64,000 nt of DNA from Calcarisporiella thermophila CBS 279.70 (Eukaryota; Fungi; Calcarisporiellomycota), in the NCBI RefSeq assembly GCF_041956535.1, contig NW_027192194.1, positions 1,209,531 to 1,273,530 on the forward strand, written 5' to 3'. This document shows positions 51,212 to 63,378 of the stretch, piece by piece. How positions within the stretch are numbered: the stretch's first letter is position 1; every line of letters begins with the position of its first letter. A program made the position numbers and the translations under genes. The notes below the pieces were generated by a model. That model worked only from the letters and a program-made list of their open reading frames with translations. It searched no databases and was not told where the DNA came from.

Positions 51212-52561
51212 ATGCTTGCCTTTCGAGCTCTCAGATATAGATCGCTACGATCCATCCCACGGCACTTCCCTGCCACTCTTCAAAGCCCTGCTCCCAAATC
51301 TCTCCTCGGGCTCCGCCCCGCTCTCGGACACCGTCACCAGTCCAGTCGCCCCAGTTCCAGAGGGGTCAGCTTTCCTCTCCCGCTCATCCTAATTGCATCG
51401 GGCCTCACTGCGCTTTCATATGGCCTGTACCAATACTATACATCCGCCATTCAGCGATATCCTCCCACCGTGCGTTCCCTGTTGCGAAAGGCCATTTACT
51501 ACCAGAATTATGGGCAGAATCCCCAGCGGTCGGTCGAGTATTACCGCTCAGCATTGGATGAGGCGATGAAGGATCCTCAATTGCATGTAGGAGAAGATCA
51601 TGTCACGGGAATTATGATACAGCTGGGCGACCTTTTAGAGCAACTGGGAAGAGTCCCGGAGAGCATCGCCGTGCTGTCCCAGGCGCTTGAGGCTATGATA
51701 CACACTCATGAAGGCGGGACACCGCGCGAGCTAGAGGAGGGCGCAGCGCGTATTAGAGCAGTCAGCATTGCGCAGCGTCTTGCCCAGCTTCACTTGCAAC
51801 TAAAACAAGATTCGGATGCCGAGCGACTACTGACCTGGTCCGTCGAGCAACTCCTGAAGCCTTTGCCGAGGCACGAGGGGAGCGAGGAGCGGGTCATAAA
51901 GGAGTGGGAGCTTCCAAAATGGATGCGGCCCGTGGATCTGGGGGGTGCCTTGGAGAGCTTGGCGAGTTTTTACGCGCAGCGGAAAAACTACGAGTAAGTA
52001 AGGGTAACCGGGCGGCAGCAGGTTCCCCTTGTCTCGCTCTCCCATACCCACTCTTTCAATGTTTTCATCGCTGGCTGATATTTGGTGTCTTGAATAGGTA
52101 TGTAATCCCTCTCTATCAGCGAACCCTCGACTTGTTACCAAAGTCAGACTGCCATGCTGCCGTCCTAATGTGCAATCTCTCCGAGGCATATGCAAGTAAG
52201 GGTGACCTTGAGGAGGCGCGCAAATGGGCAAGTCAGGGCCTTTCGGTTGTCGAGTCGTCTAAAAAGCAGAAGAGGCATGATAAAGAGTGTGATGAGGCTT
52301 GCGGGGTTTTGCTGTTTAACGCGGGAATGGTACACGAGGTAGGATTAGCATGCCATGGTCGCTTAGTGGTAGCGGACTGATCTTTCTCTGCTTGCTCAGA
52401 TGTCCGGAAACCTGGAGCAGGCCAGGCATTTCTACCAGCAGTCGAAGGAGTATGGGCGTGCCCACCGTTTCCCCGAGTGTGTACAGGAGGCGGACGCTGC
52501 GTTGCGGCGATTGCAAACGGCCAAGCTCGTCAACAAGGATCATGGTTTATTGAGGCAATAA
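51212..52561 (+). CDS. Mitochondrial TPR-like protein, Mgr3-like
   Basis: Arg-rich presequence, TM segment LILIASGLTALSYGLY, YPPTVRSLLRKAIYY...HVTGIMIQLGDLLE, helical repeats; 2 introns. Confidence 0.65.
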
Positions 52562-52809
52562 ATCTCTAGAAGATAGACAACAATATATTATAATTCATCT
52601 GTGCTTTCAACATCAAAAAAAAAACTCAATAGAGGAAGAGGTTGATCTTATTAACCCAGGGAGGGGTGTATGGAAAATTCGAGGGAGAAAACAGAGGAAA
52701 TAGGTAGGGAAACAAACAAACCAAAAAAAATAGGAAACAGATATAGTTTATTTCGAAATCAAGGTGGATAAAATGATCTGTCAAATCAAGGATAAAAGAA
52801 AACGTGTTA

Positions 52810-53801
52810 TCACTTCTCCAGCAAAGCCTTCTTGACGGCTTCTTCCTCTCTCTCCTCCTCCAACCCCTCCTCCATCTCCGCGGGAGTGATCTGGATGATG
52901 GGGGTCGACTTCTCGTGCGCCTCGTAGTAGATGACGTCTTCGGCTGAAGCAGGGGTGTAGTGGGCGGGCGCCATCGTCGCCAGCACCATCTTGCGGATGC
53001 ACCAGAGGAAGAGGAAGATGCTGCTACCGAATGCGAAGGAGAGCAGGCCACGAACCCAGTTGTCCTGCTCCTCCCACCAGGCAGCCGCGTCGTCCCAGCA
53101 GGTCGCCATGGACGAGCCCAGCAGGCTGCCGTCGCCCAAGTCGGTCACGTCAACAAGGGTAGGGGCGTACTTGGTCACACGGCCAAATCCATCGATGTCA
53201 ATCAGCTGCTGACCAGCCTGCGTCTGCACCACCGTGGTGCCGTCGATCTCCACAATGCGCTCCAACACGGTAATGCGCCGGATGTGGTCACCCAATTCAT
53301 TAGTGATGTGCTCGGCAGATGTCTTGACCTGCACACTCACAATGCCACTCCGGGCAAGCGCCTCCTCCACCTCGGCCTTGACCTCTTCAGTCTGGACGGT
53401 GGGGGTAATCACCTTGGCTTCAATTTGCACCTTGTTCAATCCCAAGCCAACGGGAACTCCATTGAGCAGGACAGAGTCATCCTGGACATCAAAGCGCATG
53501 TTGACTGTCATGATGCGCTCTGCCAGAAACTGTCCCTGGTCATCAAGGATATCGTCCTTGCGCTCGACGCTCACAATAAGCTCCTCGGAATCCAAGGAGA
53601 CGGGAGAGGTGGTGACTCCCATAGTTGTGGTGGAGATGTCCTGAAGGGGGGCCGCAGCGACCAGCGCTAGAATGGGGACATTGCAAAAGCAGGGTCAGCA
53701 TGGCTCTGGCCCATCATGGCCCTAAATTACACTAGATGCATGACGAAAAATGGCTTACCCAAGGATGAGGCTAAACTTAGCAATGCAAGGAAGCGCACCA
53801 T
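52810..53801 (-). CDS. Uncharacterised type I membrane protein (signal peptide, beta-rich ectodomain, TM, acidic tail)
   Basis: MVRFLALLSLASSL|ALVAAAPLQD..., TM GLLSFAFGSSIFLFLWCI, C-terminal EEEREEEAVKKALLEK. Strong codon bias (antisense frames are open). Confidence 0.75.
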
Positions 53802-54479
53802 TTTCTCAAGAGATTTTTTTTTGATTTTCTGATCCTAGTACTATATAAAAGTGTGCAAGGGCTGGCTAAAAAAAGAACAGGATGGTGAAAGGAGAGTAAA
53901 AGGGGGGAGCCTCTGAAACAAAAAAACTATTAAAAAGGGGAAGAATAGAAAAATAAGTGATGGAAAAAAATGTGGGTAAAATTCCAAAGCGACCCAGCCC
54001 ATAGAAATCCTCCATAGAGTTCGGCGTCACAGAAAAAGCCACCATTAAATTGGAACTTGGTGGAGCCGAGTGGTGCACTAGGCCACCGGGACTTCGCACA
54101 CATTAAGGTGAGCACATACCGCTTGAATGCCAAAGCCAAACAGTACGGTGTCTAGCACATCTTCAATAGGATGTGAAATATGAGAAATATCAATAGTCAG
54201 TGCATCACGCATTTTTACCCTTATTATAAGCCCTCCGTATCCGAGGGCTACGCCAAAGCTTTATTATGAGGAGACCGGGAACTAGTCAAAGGAAGGCGTG
54301 AATTGGAAGTCACGAAACACAAAGTTCAGCAGGCATTGTATAAATTTTCGTTTTATTAAAAAACATACAAAGATAAAATAAAGGTAGACGGAGAGAAAAG
54401 AAAAAAAAAGCAGAATATGCAACATAGGTTATATATTTGACAAGATGATATATAACTAAAAACAAAAGAAAAGGCCCTT

Positions 54480-56146
54480 TTACTGTTGTTGACAACTGAT
54501 ACCCTGCCCGCCATCCTCTTCCTCGTCTGACTCGTATGCGTTGCCAGAACGGCCACCTCGAGATTCGCCAAACTATTTGCAGGAATACAAGAGATTAGTG
54601 ATTCGAGGCCCCATCGAATGGCAGTGTTCCGGCGATGCCTTACCTTGCTCATATCACCCTTCACCAACTCCACTTCGTCCACAATTTCGTGACTCTCCTC
54701 CTTCACTTGCCGTTTGGGCAACATCGCCTCCAACTTTTGTAAGAGCTCAAGGCCGGCCCATCCGTCATTGGGGAACTCGACCTCAAACTCAATGTATAGA
54801 TCGCCCTTGTCAATGGGGCGCTTGTACACCGGCATGCCCTCCCCATGCACAATTCGGATATCTCCCGGGCGAATGACCTTTCCGGGGGGCTGCGTTACGT
54901 GCAAAGCGCGCCCATCGAGATGTGTGCATATAACTCTGGAGAAGCCACAGAGGGCCTCTGCAAGGGTAATCTTCACATGAATCAGAAGGTCATCTCCCTC
55001 TCGCTCAAACACCTCATGGGGCCGCTGCTCTAGCACGAGGATAACGTCGCCAGTCTCTACGCCCGGCTGCTGATCGCCCTCGCCCGCCATGATCACCTTT
55101 TGGCCGTTGCGCATTCCCTTCTCGATAAATACCTCCAGGAATTTCTTCTCCTTCACCGTCTTCTCGCCTTTACACTTCTTGCACCGATCCTTCTCCCGCA
55201 CTGATTCACCGCGCCCCTCACACGTGGAGCACATCACCTGCATCTGTTGGACGATGCCCGGGCCAATTTGGCGCATCGCAGTCTTGAACCCATTGCCATC
55301 GCAGCCTTGGCACTTCTTCGGACTAGCACCAGCTTTGCAGCCCTTTCCGTTACATAATGGGCAGATGACGTCCTTTTCAAGCGCAAACTTGGTCGATTTT
55401 CCATTGTACAAGTCTTCAAGCGTGACGCTGAAATGGTGAATCAGGTCCTCCCCTTGGCGCGGGCCACGTTGGAATCCTTCACATAAAGGGAGTCAGTAAC
55501 ACTAAGCAACTACAAGGTGGGATGCACAGGAGACAGATATACCTCCCATTCCGCCCATTCCACCCATCCCGCCCATGCCGCCAAATAGCGAGGAAAGCAA
55601 ATCGTCCATTGAAGGGCCGCCACCATTACCACCCAATCCCTCCTCGCCATAGCGATCATAGATCTCACGCTTCTCTGGATCGCTCAATATTTCGTATGCA
55701 TGACTGATATTTCAGGAAAAAAACGGCATTAGTACTAAGATGCTGATAAATGCTACAAGATTTTACCTGATTTCTTTGAACTATACGGGTATAAAAAAAA
55801 GAGACATAAGAGAATACAATCAAAACGAGAGATGGGAATGCGGAGGACTAGAGATTAACATACGCGTTCCCCTTCTTCCGGATTCTTGTCGGGATGGAAC
55901 TTCATTGCCTGAAAATGAGGGAATATCAGAAGATCTGCTCTGTGATTTCCTTCATACACCCAATACTTACAAGCTTCCTATACGCCTACACGAATGGGCA
56001 GCCAAGCCGTTGAGAATTAGATGAGTCATATTCTACACTACACATCCCAGTGGTGTTCCGTGAGAGAAGATAATTACCTTCTTAATCTCTGATTCAGTGG
56101 CATCTTGGGATACACCTAATACGTCGTAGTACTTTCTACTGCTCAT
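54480..56146 (-). CDS. Type I DnaJ/Hsp40 (Ydj1/Mas5/Xdj1-like) with CaaX
   Basis: J-domain KYYDVLGV...AYRKL|[12 protein letters not shown]-rich linker, four CxxCxGxG-type repeats, C-terminal GISCQQQ*. Confidence 0.93.
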
Positions 56147-56708
56147 GATTTCGTTTTATTGTATATGTGGGTAGTTTTAGTGAGATCCAAAATGCGATCT
56201 GGTAAATCGAACTTGATTATCCGTTGTTTGCGGGAGTGACTGTTAATTTAATGAGGAAAGGTCAGGTTTACGTTTGTACCATTGAGGAGGATGAAACGTG
56301 AGATATATATGGAAAGGTTTATCTCTAATAGGCTAGGTATATTTTCTTCAAATTAAATCCGAAAACAGTTCTTTGGTTATATCTGCTGTAGAGCGGTGGA
56401 ACCCAATAGTGGCCCACTATCAACGAAGTCGACGCAGGCCTAGCAGAGATTGCATGTGATTTCCACTTCACCCGGTAATAATTTAACCGAGCATATACTC
56501 GTGAGGAGACACAGCCTACTGTAGCTCCTTAACTAGAAGTCGGTGCGAGAGGGAAGTGGTCGGCGCGGTCCTAGAGTGGGCAGCAGAAAAGCGAGCGGGC
56601 TGCTTGGTTTGTCTGGCATTGGTACCGCAACAAAAGCTTCAGCCTTCTATGGCAAGATTACACGAATTTGGAGCTATGATCCTCATTGCTCTTGTGGAAT
56701 TGTTCTAA

Positions 56709-58641
56709 TCAAGATATTGCTGGCCGTAGTAATTTCCCATTCTTGCCCGCCATTGCAGCATCGAAATCTGAATCGGATTCAGAGTCTCCCGAATCACTAG
56801 TGGTGGAAGAGTCTGAATCAGAAGTCGAATCGTCATCTTCAGAGTCTGGCTCGTTTCCCTCCACATAGTCGCTATCCGATTCGTCGTCGTCATCGTCGTC
56901 ATCGCCAAAGGTGTACTCATTACTAACTGGTTTTTGTGAAAGGTTCAGAAGCTGAGGTTCTGGTCGAGATGACACCTCTGATGACGCGAGGGCACATTCG
57001 TTGTCCTCTGACCTGGATGCTATGGTAGATGGCGGGGCCACTGGAAGAATGTTGCGCGAGTCCTCTACAGCTACTGGTATACTGTGAGAAGACTGAACAT
57101 TGGTGGCAGAGTTCGCGCATGAGCTCTGCTCCATAGAGATGTTGCACGAAGAACCGGAGCTCGAGGACTCAGTCAACATGCTCTCGTTATCGGAATCTGA
57201 ATCATCTTGATCATCAAAGTCACCGTTGAAATCAGCATCATCTTCATCGTCCTCATCATTTGAAGCAATATCCGCAATGGTAAATTGATAGCGCAAAGAG
57301 CCGGAGCTCGAGGACTTAGTCGATATGCTCGTATCATCGGAAACTGAGTCATCATGATCATCAGCGTCACCATTGAAATCAGCATCGTCTTCATCGTCCT
57401 CATCGTTCGAAGGAATATCCGCAATGGTAAATTGATAGCGCAAAGAGCCGGGGCTCGAGGACTCAGTCGACATGCTCTCATCATCGGAATCTGAATCATC
57501 TTGATCATCAAAGTCACCATTGAAATCAGCATCGTCTTCATCATCCTCATCGTTCGAAGGAATATCCGCAATGGTAAATTGATAGCGCAAAGAGCCGGGG
57601 CTCGAGGACTCAGTCGACATGCTCTCATCATCGGAATCTGAATCATCTTGATCATCAAAGTCACCATTGAAATCAGCATCGTCTTCATCGTCCTCATCAT
57701 TTGAAGCAATATCTGCAATAGTAAATTGATTGTGCGAAGACTGGGGTATCTCGAGACTTTCGCTTAATGTTTCATACACATACATGTCGGTTGCTTCAGA
57801 GTTAATCCGGCGAGATTTTCGATACCTGGTTTCCGAGAAATCTGAGGAATCTGAATCGCTTTCCATGGATAATACAGAGAGTCGTTTATGGTCACCAGCA
57901 GCAATAGCCCTTTCCATCTCATAAGTCTCGCACTCTTCAGCCAGTTCACGAAAACACTCAATCCTGTCCACTTTTTCCTATAATCATTTTTTTTAAAAAA
58001 AGGCTATTAACATATGCATCAACAAACGCAATTCTAATAAATGTATTATATACTTTAGTTACTGATCCATCTTCCCACCGAATATCATATGTGATTCTTC
58101 CACTAGGAGAGAGCGTACGGCCCACAATCGCTTTTGCTTTCCTCTTGCTATCTGTGTTCGTCCTGCCTCTTGCATCCAGTTGCTGATGAGACAGTTCTTC
58201 TTTCGCTTCTTCGAGTTTTGTTCCACTGGCTGCATCCCTCGTTTCAGGAGTTTGCGTAGATTGCCTCTCGACTTTTGCTTTATGGATCTCAATCCAAACC
58301 TCCTGCTGTGGTGCTTGTTCATAAAATTGTATCCCATTCTCTTCACCATCTTTTTTAATTTGGCTCGATGCCCACCACCACCATCCAGGGCTTTGTTTCA
58401 AATTAAATCGATCGCATAAATATTCGATCGTCTCCCGCTTTTCCTCTCTTTTCAAAAAAGGAGAAGTAAGGCGTCGTTTTGCAGCAGCACAGTATCCATT
58501 TGGCCCTTCTCGTGAGATCTCCTCGGCGAGCTTGTCCATTATTTGCGCGTAGAGTTGCGGTGACATAAGATCGTTTGGATCGGAATTTGCAGATTTATTG
58601 GTATCAGAGCCTTCTACGATTCCTGGAGATGCGTCTTTCAT
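56709..58641 (-). CDS. Acidic tandem-repeat protein with a degenerate chromo-like segment
   Basis: ORFs 57958-58641 and 56709-57971 join via an intron (VTK|gtatat...tatag|EKVDRIECF). AKAIVGRTLSPSGRITYDIRWEDGSVTKE resembles a chromo fold. Four 49-aa D/S-rich repeats follow. Confidence 0.6.
57150..57728. repeat. Coding tandem repeat, 147-bp unit, about 4 copies
   Basis: The anchor aatggtaaattgatagcgc recurs at 147-bp spacing. Unit QFTIADIxSNDEDDEDDADFNGDFDDQDDSDSDDESMSTESSSPGSLRY. Confidence 0.95.
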
Positions 58642-59947
58642 TATGCCTTTTAATATATCTACGCAATTTTACAACATTCAATTCCAGCAGATGGAGATTA
58701 GAATTTAAAATCAGAGTTTATAATCGCGTACAATGGAAAATGGAGAATTACCTTTGAAGTACTTGAGAAAACACCCAAATAAGGTATAAAGCTGACCAGA
58801 CAACGAAAATAGAGTGTACGACAAAATTCATTGATCATTACGTCACCATAATTTTAGGTCTAATGGAGAGAGAAATCAACGTTTGATGATACTGGAGGGA
58901 TTACTTGCAGTAAAGTCTACTTCAAGCGGCTTTTTATAGATTGCAAGTCCAACTTTGCTCCAGCAGGGTCTTTGGGCTCATATGCTCGCAAAGAGCCTGA
59001 ATTGTATTATTATTATATTATTGTCACAATGAGCAGCTAGCAGTTTAGTTATTCAATTGGAATCATGATATAACACTTTATAAACAATATGCTTACACAG
59101 CCCGAATTGCAGTCATAATGAACACGCCGCTGTGGCAAAAGAGGCTCAGAGCTCTTCAGAGAACTGGGTTTAGTGGGAATCAGGAGGAAATGTATCTCGA
59201 GTCTATTCCATGACTCCGATTGACAAGTTCGCCACCTGCCAAAACAGTCGAAATCTTATTCAAATAGACAGCAAATGCAATGGAGAATATCCATTATATT
59301 AGAATAGAATTCAAGTCCATACATATTCGATATTGCTGTAAGGGTTTGCAGCTTTACTTCTAGAATCGTTAAAACCTCAAGGGCAATCTCGTTTTGAGTG
59401 TCGGCTGAAACGTGGGGATAGAAATGTGGAAAATTAACCGCATGCTGTTCCGGGATGTAGCCATCTGCAGGGCTGTCTAGTTCGACCCGTTTTACGCGCG
59501 TGTTCGAGCTATGGTGACATCAATGAATGGTCAAGATCACGTGACCGACATCACTTCATCTGCAACTACGCCACTCGACCAGTCCTAATTGCCTCACTCG
59601 CCTTGGTTCAAGAGCAAGAGTGTTCAACGCAATTGTCGTGTGGATGCGAAGCGAGAACGAAGGATTTGGTGCCTGGTGATTTGCAAACCCATTCTATTTC
59701 TAGGACAAACTATACAAGATTTTTGGAGATTGGCTTCAAGGTAATTTCTTCAACTGCCACTTCGATGCAACTCCCATTACAAAATGACAGCCAGCACTAT
59801 GCGGCTACGGCCCAGATTATGCTGATCAGATGTTGTATTTGTACTTAGTTATACTTAGAGAATGAAACGGACTGTCGACTGAATTGACTCGCGATATCCA
59901 AATCAGAACGATTACCTTATTGCTTTAATCAGTATATTAAGTAAATA

Positions 59948-61030
59948 ATGCCAGGTGTATCCATTGAAGGGTTGAAAACACGCGTGCGTATTGTTAAATT
60001 CCGACTTCGAGAACATTCAATAATACTTCGATCTACTAAATCCGAGCGAGAAGTGAGAAATTTTGAGCGAGATCATTTTATACGGTGAGTTCGTGCTTGA
60101 GCTCTCCGCATGTTGCATTTCATGGGACTGATTTAGTGATTATGCTAGACTACCTGAAGAGTATCGTATGTTTATTTTTGGTACGCACTTTTTATTAGGG
60201 TGGGTATTTTGAAGGCGGATGCTTATTCTATCTCCCTTTCCCTATTGTTAGATGTTGCGAATGGAGGCAAAATAGGACCGTGCTGTGCAGATGGTCTCCT
60301 TCAACTTGGTGCTGTTCCCACACGTTATATTCAGACGCGCGAACGAGTTCTTGCTGACATGCAGCGGCCCTTCCCTCTGACAATGGCTACTGACATATCT
60401 CGGAATGATCCACAGTTCGCGCAGGTCGCGTGCGGATTTCTCCTGCTTGGTCGAGGACTACAGCGGTTTCGCCGGTCAGGCGCTGGGCGGGATGCATTTT
60501 GGATTCTCGTGGTAGAAGGTGCCTGCAGGGGAGAGGTGTGGTGGCAAGACGACCTGGGTTTCCGCCCTTGCGAACCGCGGAGACATTTTTTAGATTGGCT
60601 AGAGTATTGGCTTGATGGCGGGCGGGATTATTTTGGGAAAGCGGGTGTAGAGAACGGGGTTTTAGGAGAAGGGACTGGTCCAGTGAGGAGTATCGTTGGC
60701 GACGATGTCATGGATGGCATGGAAGAGGACGAGGAGGAGAATGGGGAGAACGAGGAGGATGAAAACGAGGATGACGAGGACGAGGATGAGGAGGGTGATT
60801 TCTATGTTGAGGAAGGGGACGAGGATGATGAAACAGACGAGGATAGTGAGGACGAGGACGAAGATGAAGGATATTCGGAAGAATCGGATCATGACGTCGG
60901 CATAGGCTTAGGGACAGAGAATAGCGATAGCCTTGTCTGGGAGGAAGAGGGTGATGAAGAGACGAACGACGGGTACCTCCCAGAGGCAAGTGAAGTGAAC
61001 ACTGGGGAGCGGAACCGACTGCTCGTGTAA
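59948..61030 (+). CDS. SMI1/KNR4 (SUKH superfamily) domain protein with acidic tail
   Basis: Spliced SEREVRNFERDHFIR|LPEEYRMFIF|DVANGG...GFLLLG...WILVVEGACRGEVW...HFLDWLEYWLD, matching the SUKH pattern E..i..fE......LP.eYr.F....NGG. The 5' end could extend further upstream. Confidence 0.8.
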
Positions 61031-62089
61031 ATTTCATCTGTGTATTTGTGATGCGGCCCAGGACTAATTACTCCAATATTGAAGAAATCTATGTTTCGAT
61101 AACATGTCTAGAACTGTACAGCTATGCTTCTGTTTTTTTTTCTCTCTTGCAGTTTATTTTAAGCCTTCATTTAATATACGGATCGATTTTATTTTATTTT
61201 TGGATTTTGTTTTGTTTTGCCAAAATGACAGATAACGGAGGACGCTTGAAGTGCGATGGAGGAGCCCGGCTTAGTACAAGTTGGGCCAGTGTCTCTTGAT
61301 ATTAGAAATGCCCTCGACAACTAATATGCTCCGATTCTACAACCTACAAGGCACACAATGGTTAGGAATCATTTCTTGTCACCTTGAATGTTGGGGGGGG
61401 GGGGATTAGTACTGGAGGCATAGCCGAAATTACTCATGCTTCAAAGCTTATTGCTTGTTTATGTTTATTCCCCCCCGTGCCTTGTGCTAATAAACATACA
61501 TATTAAGGAAGATTCAGAAATTCGGCTCAAGGGATATGAGTGGGCATCCAATGGATTCGAAGTTGCTCGGGTTTGAATACACCGTATGCATCCCGTTTCT
61601 CCACAGCACCTCTTCCTCCTCCCAAGTGCTCAAGAACAATGCCGCCCTCCAACATGCTGCTTTCAATATAACATGGTCCTACATTGCTGCGGTACGATGT
61701 GGCGGGCAGAGATCATTCTAAGATTGGGATTGATGAAAGCAAAACCAGCTAGACAAGAAAAGTGAAAGCTTAACCAGACCCACTTGTCGGCGGGGTTAAG
61801 TTGATCTTGGCGCACATCCGGATCGCAGCCCTTTGCGCTGTTATGGGATGCAATTGCTAATTTTCTTCATTACCTCCGCCTGTGTGGATGGTTTGAATTT
61901 GTTTTAGCATTTCCCAATTAGTAAAATGAAAATTAATACCTAGTGTTTCAGGCTAATGATTTCCTCTTATATACAGAGGGATCGATTTATATTTAATAAG
62001 AGAAAACACAAATAAGATCCTCCCGTTCCAATCCACCATCCCCTCCTTCATCCTACCATTACGCGCCTCCCTCCCTCTGTATCTAATTA

Positions 62090-63378
62090 ATGGAGTCTGA
62101 GAAAACATTCCATCAGCGGGCATGGTTTCGCCGCACCGTCATAGTGGCCATCCTCGTGGTCATTTGTGCAGGAATCACCATCCCGGTCTACTTCGTGTAC
62201 ATGACGGAGGGTCAAAAGTTCCAGAGTTTTGTTGAACGAGTCCCCAGTGGAGTCGCAGACTATATCCTAGTTGAGGTAAACTGGAATGCCCTGCGGTCTT
62301 CTCCGCTTCTCCCGCGATAACCTCCGGCCTTTTCTGGTTGCAGGCTACTATAAGCAGTGTCAATTTGGATGATCGAATCTTTAAAGCACACATGGAATTT
62401 ATTCCCCAGGGAAGATTAGCGGGCCCCCACGGGGTTCTGACCGTGCCTGTTAATCTGAATCTATATACGGAGACGGTCGCATTCCCCGCCAATGAAAACA
62501 TGTAATGTCCCGCTTTTCTAACCCGTTTCACTGTCGGCCTAACTCTTGTCCATATTTTTATGGCTATAACAGGAGGACCATTGAGAAGTCATTTTCATAC
62601 TATCAGGGCAACGTCGTCGGCTATCCTTTCGATCAATACAAGGGCTATTTTGAAATGTACGCTCATTTTAGTCAGAACTTATCTCTACTCGTACCGCTCG
62701 GACTCAAGCTGGATGCTTCGCTACATACCTTCAAAGTTACCCCAACCCTGAGGCAGTTTTCTTTCGACACTGAAAAGATCGGAATAGACCTGCTAACAAG
62801 GCGCTCCAACACGACCATCGGGTTCAGTATTTGGGTGCAAATCATCATGTGGGCTCTAGTATGTCTCTCTGTCACTAGGGGGTAGATGCTTCGTTCACCA
62901 GATCTAACTCTGCCTTCTCTCTTTTATTGCCCAGGCTTTGTCACTTGCCTATGTGACTGTCCAGGCCATAGTCAAGCGGCGTCCTGTTGATGCACACTTT
63001 TGCTCCCTGGGAATTGCCATGCTTTTCGCCCTGCCTGCGCTCCGCGAGGCACAGCCGGATATTCCCAAGACGGGATGCGCGGCCGATGTCCTTGGCTATT
63101 ACTGGAACATGGCCATCATTGCGGGCAGCTCCATCATGGTCATGCTTACTTTTGGGCTGAGGTGGAAAAAAGGCGATCCGGAGCACCACCATCACCATGG
63201 TGAGACAATGCCGTCTCGACCAAGGCAAGAGATGGACTACACGGAACGACCCATGACCCATGCATACCCCTATATACCTCCCGAGGGACAAAGATATGCC
63301 CCCTCTTTTGCAAGCTCTTCCTATATTCCAAGGGAAGAATACGAGAAACGCATTTCAAGTCAACGCTCTCTTGTATGA
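62090..63378 (+). CDS. DUF4436-like membrane protein
   Basis: N-terminal TM, beta-rich loop with GYPFDQY, RRSNTTIGFSIWVQIIMWAL, AMLFALPALREAQPDIPKTGCAADVLGYYWNMAII; 3 introns. Confidence 0.75.

Noticed and set aside
59465-59740. Open frame ending in a GT donor upstream of the SMI1/KNR4 gene
   Set aside because: No clear start or recognisable domain (no F-box seen); left uncalled pending transcript data.
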